This document shows positions 60,418 through 64,000 of a DNA stretch of 64,000 nt, one piece after another. How positions within the stretch are numbered: the first letter of the stretch is position 1; the number at the start of each line of letters is the position of its first letter. The notes below the pieces were generated by a model. That model did not search any database. It was not told the DNA's origin and saw only the letters and a list, made by a program, of their open reading frames with translations. A program made the position numbers and the translations under genes. Source of the DNA: Fidelibacterota bacterium. Lineage in GTDB: Bacteria; Fidelibacterota; UBA2242. Where the stretch lies: contig JBNGDF010000001.1 in NCBI GenBank assembly GCA_049975265.1, positions 32,001 through 96,000 of the forward strand, in the 5' to 3' direction.

Positions 60418-63400
60418 ATGATAAAGAGAATCTACCCGCTGTTATATGTTTTATTCTGGTTGTTGCTGACAAGTATTCTGCGCTCCCAGGCGCTGGTCAT
60501 CAACGAGGTCATGTTCGATGCCGTCGGTGCCGATTCGTATGATGAGTACATCGAGCTGGTCAATATTGGGGACACTCCGGTCGGTCTTGAGGGGTGTTTT
60601 TTTAGAATAAATGATAACGTGGATACGATCAAATGTAATGGAACCGCAGATATTTTAAATCCAGGAGCGTTCGGATTGATCCTGGATCGGGGATATTTAA
60701 TTGATCATTTGTCGACAACCTATGATGCGATTATCCCGGACGGTGCGGTTTTATGTACCGTTCGTGATGATGCGTTTGGTAGCAATGGTATTCCCAATTC
60801 TGCGCCGGCAACCATCGTATTATGTTCGCCTGAGGGTGACACGCTTTCTGTAATGCAAACCAAGCCCGATCAGGTCTCCGGATATTCGGAAGAACGTATC
60901 GATGTGTACGGTCTGGACAATCTGTCAAATTGGGGCAATTCGCTCTGTCTGTACGGGACGCCCGGATTTGAGAACAGCATAGCCATCAGGGATTACGATC
61001 TGGGCATTACCCGCCTTGTTTTACTAAGTGAATGTGGATTTATTCCTTCCCAGAGAGAAGGGGAGTTTGAAATCGGGATACAGAATTTCGGGCGCTATCT
61101 TTTTGCTGAAGCGGAAATCCGGTTCGGTGTGGATGAAAACGGCGACTCGCTGCTGCAATCCGGTGAAGTGATCCATACGAAGCAGGTAAGTCTGGCATCT
61201 GGCGATTCGACGACGATCCGGGTTGCTCTACCTGCACCAAAACCGGGCTTTCACCGGGTTCTCTGTACCATTGTTGAAAGTGATGGCAATCCCGATAATA
61301 ATCTTGAGTTTTTAGATGTAAAGGTCGCCTATCCGACGGGGTGTCTGGCGATTAACGAGTTTATGTATGCACCGCTAACCGGTTTCGGTGGCGAGTGGAT
61401 TGAGCTGTTGAATGTTTCTGAAGATACGGTAAATTTGGCATTTTGGCAGATTTGTGATGCCACCAGCCGGGTCGTGATTTCTGCTCATGATATATACATT
61501 CCACCTCATGAATACGCCGTTTTGACTTCCGATGCAACGATGCCGGATCATTGGAATCCGGGAGGTGTTTTTGTGTTGCTGGAAACGTCCCTGCCGACGC
61601 TGAATAATACTGAAGATTCTGTTGTGGTCAGAGACCACTGTGGGCAGGTTGTCGACTCGTTGAAATATTCCAGCAGTTGGGGGTATCAGCAGGGCGTCTC
61701 ATTGGAGCGCATTGATGCACGGGCAAACAGTGATCAGGCGGAGAACTGGACGCTGTCGCGGGAATCCGCAGGCGGGACACCGGGGTATGAAAACAGTGTG
61801 AAGATCAGGGAATATGATCTTGCGATCACCCGGATTGGTTTGCAGGATGAGTCTGTGATATTGAACCCGGGCGATATTGCCGCTTTGTATGTGGTTGTGA
61901 AGAATATTGGGCGGAGAACAGTGGACAACGCCGAACTGTTTCTCGGAATTGATACAAACGGTGACTCGATTCTGCAGCAGCGTGAAGTTCTCTACATGGA
62001 TATTTTGACGATCGCCCAGGGTGATTCGGTGGTTTTGTATCCCGGCATTCTGGATGTTCGATCGGGGAAGAATTGTGTCATCGGACAGATTATGACGGCT
62101 GACGACAATCATCGCAACAACATCGCCTTTTACAGTTTTAATGTATCTTATCTATCCGGACAGGTGGCAATCAATGAATTTATGTATGTGCCGGCTGCCG
62201 GGCAGGGCGGCGAATGGGTTGAACTACTGAACGTATCCGAAGATATGGTAAATTTGGCATCTTGGCAGATTTGTGATGCCGCCAGCCAGGCGGTGATTGC
62301 CGACCATGATATATGCATTCCACCACAGGGGTATGCCGTCCTCTCGTCCGACGAAGCCGTTTCGGATATATGGAATCCGGGAGGTGTTTTTGTGTTGCTG
62401 GAAACGTCCCTGCCGACGCTGAATAATACCAGCGACTCAATTGTTGTTCGGGATTTGTGCGGAAAGGTGATTGATTCATTGAAGTATACCAGCAGCTGGG
62501 GTTACCGGCAGGGCGTCTCGCTGGAGAGAATCAATCCCTTTGCGGAGAGTGGTGTGGCGGACAATTGGCGGTTGTCGGTGGATTCGAGTGGAGGAACGCC
62601 GGGTTTTCCGAATAGCCAAATGATCAAAAACGATGATCTGGCGCTCGATACGATCTATGTCGATACAGAATATCCCTCTCATAATACCCCTTTTGAAATC
62701 AAATACCGCGTCGGTAACAGAGGATTGGCAACCGTTGAATCATATTCCGTGTATCTGGGCATTAATCTGCCCGCCGCGGCGGTGTCGGGGACAATTGTAA
62801 TGGACACGATTCTCTATTATGAGAACCTGTTACCGACCGGGGTGGTGGAGACTCACTCACTGACGGTGGATTCGATTCCTGGGGGTGTCTATGAGATCTA
62901 TTGTGAAACATTTCTTCAGGGTGATGAGCAGCCGGAGAACGATTGGGACAGCTGCGCCCTTGTGATCGGCTACCCACCGGGATGCCTGGTTATTAGTGAG
63001 GTGATGAATGTTCCCGAATCCGGCGAATCGGAGTGGTTTGAAATATACAATCCATCGGATTTTCATGTAGACCTGAACCGTTGGTCGTTTCGGGATGCCG
63101 GTGGTGGGTGGCAGATGATTGCCGATCAGACAACTATTCTCGAATCTTCCGGTTTCCTTATTATTGCCGCAAGGCAGGATTTTCTGCAGACCTATCCCCA
63201 ATTCACGGGCGAGCTGATTGTTCCGGAGAAATTTCCTATACTAAACAATTCTTCAGATTCGCTTTTTCTGGCTGACGGTACGAGCCGTATGATCGAAAAA
63301 GTATTCTTCAGGCAGGATTGGGGAGGTGCTGCCGGGATCAGCATTGAAAGGAGGGATCCAAATTCGCCGGCGCTTAATGCGTTGAATTGGGGAAGCTCGG

Positions 63401-64000
63401 AACACGCTTGGGGCGCCACACCGGGTTTTCGGAATTCCATCCTGAAATACCACTATGATCTTGCCATAATGGAAGGTAGTTTTCAATTCGCCAAGCCGGT
63501 GTTGGCACCGGGTGAAATGACGGATTTTGAATTGACGGTAGTTAACCGGGGGACCGAACCGTCGGACCCGGCTCGGATTGAATTGTATCATGACCAAAAC
63601 CAAGACGGAAACCCGGCTCCGGCGGAACTGGTTTGGAGCAGCGCCGCTGTTCCGGCACTTCTGCCCGACTCCGGTAAGGTGATGGAGGGTAAAATCTCTG
63701 CTGAAATGTCCGGGCGGAACCATTATATTGCGGTTCTGAAAATGGACCGCGATGAAGATTTGTTTGATAATTTTGCCGGCGCCGAGCTGCTGATCTCTTT
63801 TCCTGAAAAATCGCTGGTGCTGAACGAGTTTTTTGCCTATCCGAATGCTAATCAGACAGAATTCGTTGAGCTGGTTAACCAGAGCGGACTGAACATAAAG
63901 CTGGGGGGTTGGTATCTGTATGATAACCGCAGCGCCGGGCGAATTTCCGGTGATGTAATTATTAAAAATGGAGCCTATCTTGTTCTGACCCAGGACAGCC
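60418..64000 (+). CDS. Large secreted protein with alternating lamin-tail (LTD) and CARDB-like domains, 3'-truncated (not in the ORF track)
   Basis: Hand translation MIKRIYPLLY...ALVINEVMFD...EYIELVN; five INE.M/EW.EL.N repeats near 60500, 61350, 62170, 62990 and 63820, the first four closing with G(T/A)TPG..NS; no stop seen in the segments translated. Confidence 0.88.
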   Translation, partial: MIKRIYPLLYVLFWLLLTSILRSQALVINEVMFDAVGADSYDEYIELVNIGDTPVGLEGCFFRINDNVDTIKCNGTADILNPGAFGLILDRGYLIDHLSTTYDAIIPDGAVLCTVRDDAFGSNGIPNSAPATIVLCSPEGDTLSVMQTKPDQVSGYSEERIDVYGLDNLSNWGNSLCLYGTPGFENSIAIRDYDLGITRLVLLSECGFIPSQREGEFEIGIQNFGRYLFAEAEIRFGVDENGDSLLQSGEVIHTKQVSLASGDSTTIRVALPAPKPGFHRVLCTIVESDGNPDNNLEFLDVKVAYPTGCLAINEFMYAPLTGFGGEWIELLNVSEDTVNLAFWQICDATSRVVISAHDIYIPPHEYAVLTSDATMPDHWNPGGVFVLLETSLPTLNNTEDSVVVRDHCGQVVDSLKYSSSWGYQQGVSLERIDARANSDQAENWTLSRESAGGTPGYENSVKIREYDLAITRIGLQDESVILNPGDIAALYVVVKNIGRRTVDNAELFLGIDTNGDSILQQREVLYMDILTIAQGDSVVLYPGILDVRSGKNCVIGQIMTADDNHRNNIAFYSFNVSYLSGQVAINEFMYVPAAGQGGEWVELLNVSEDMVNLASWQICDAASQAVIADHDICIPPQGYAVLSSDEAVSDIWNPGGVFVLLETSLPTLNNTSDSIVVRDLCGKVIDSLKYTSSWGYRQGVSLERINPFAESGVADNWRLSVDSSGGTPGFPNSQMIKNDDLALDTIYVDTEYPSHNTPFEIKYRVGNRGLATVESYSVYLGINLPAAAVSGTIVMDTILYYENLLPTGVVETHSLTVDSIPGGVYEIYCETFLQGDEQPENDWDSCALVIGYPPGCLVISEVMNVPESGESEWFEIYNPSDFHVDLNRWSFRDAGGGWQMIADQTTILESSGFLIIAARQDFLQTYPQFTGELIVPEKFPILNNSSDSLFLADGTSRMIEKVFFRQDWGGAAGISIERRDPNSPALNALNWGSSEHAWGATPGFRNSILKYHYDLAIMEGSFQFAKPVLAPGEMTDFELTVVNRGTEPSDPARIELYHDQNQDGNPAPAELVWSSAAVPALLPDSGKVMEGKISAEMSGRNHYIAVLKMDRDEDLFDNFAGAELLISFPEKSLVLNEFFAYPNANQTEFVELVNQSGLNIKLGGWYLYDNRSAGRISGDVIIKNGAYLVLTQDS
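61552..62429 (+). repeat. Identical 59-bp direct repeat inside lamin-tail repeats 2 and 3
   Basis: 61552-61610 equals 62371-62429 (offset 819 bp). Confidence 0.9.

Noticed and set aside
61420..62429. Near-identical repeats as a DGR template/variable pair or CRISPR array
   Set aside because: Mismatches are not adenine-specific, there are only two in-frame copies, and no reverse transcriptase or cas gene is present.
60432..63723. Many short minus-strand ORFs suggesting a gene-poor or degraded region
   Set aside because: The region is one long + strand frame from ATG 60418, missed by the track because it has no stop in the window.

Overview
This window is the core-genome replication-origin region of a diderm bacterium. 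An FCB-group lineage such as Ca. Marinimicrobia/KSB1 is inferred from gene content and a 'LYQNYPNPFN' secretion-type C-terminal domain, not proven. From left to right it holds: a GGEEF diguanylate cyclase (5'-truncated), an M23 peptidase and a rhomboid protease; a nucleoside-salvage run (cdd-udk-tdk-nupC-adk-coaE); a large FN3-repeat secreted protein; tryptophanase; a PadR/LolA-like/ABC cluster and comM; two paralogous PDZ + beta-barrel genes behind a sigma54-type promoter, followed by DUF4390-NtrY-NtrX; plsX, queG and arsC; an uncharacterised membrane protein + P-loop pair; a long uridine-kinase-like protein; ssb and dnaA (minus strand); rpmH-rnpA-yidD-yidC-mnmE-mnmG-mfd plus three PPIases; an AT-rich DnaA-box region (probable oriC); dnaN-recF-dciA-gyrB-gyrA-divIVA and a degenerate PNP; a five-gene LPP20/DUF6175/FlgT-like envelope operon; and a lamin-tail/CARDB repeat protein running off the right edge. 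The best candidates for undescribed biology are the sigma54/enhancer-controlled PDZ-barrel + NtrYX module, the LPP20/DUF6175 operon, a leader ORF plus SD-occluding hairpin before tryptophanase, and an oriC about 13 kb from an inverted dnaA, with parS sites written into start codons. No rRNA, tRNA, CRISPR or mobile element was recognised. All family calls come from motif recognition by eye; no searches were run.
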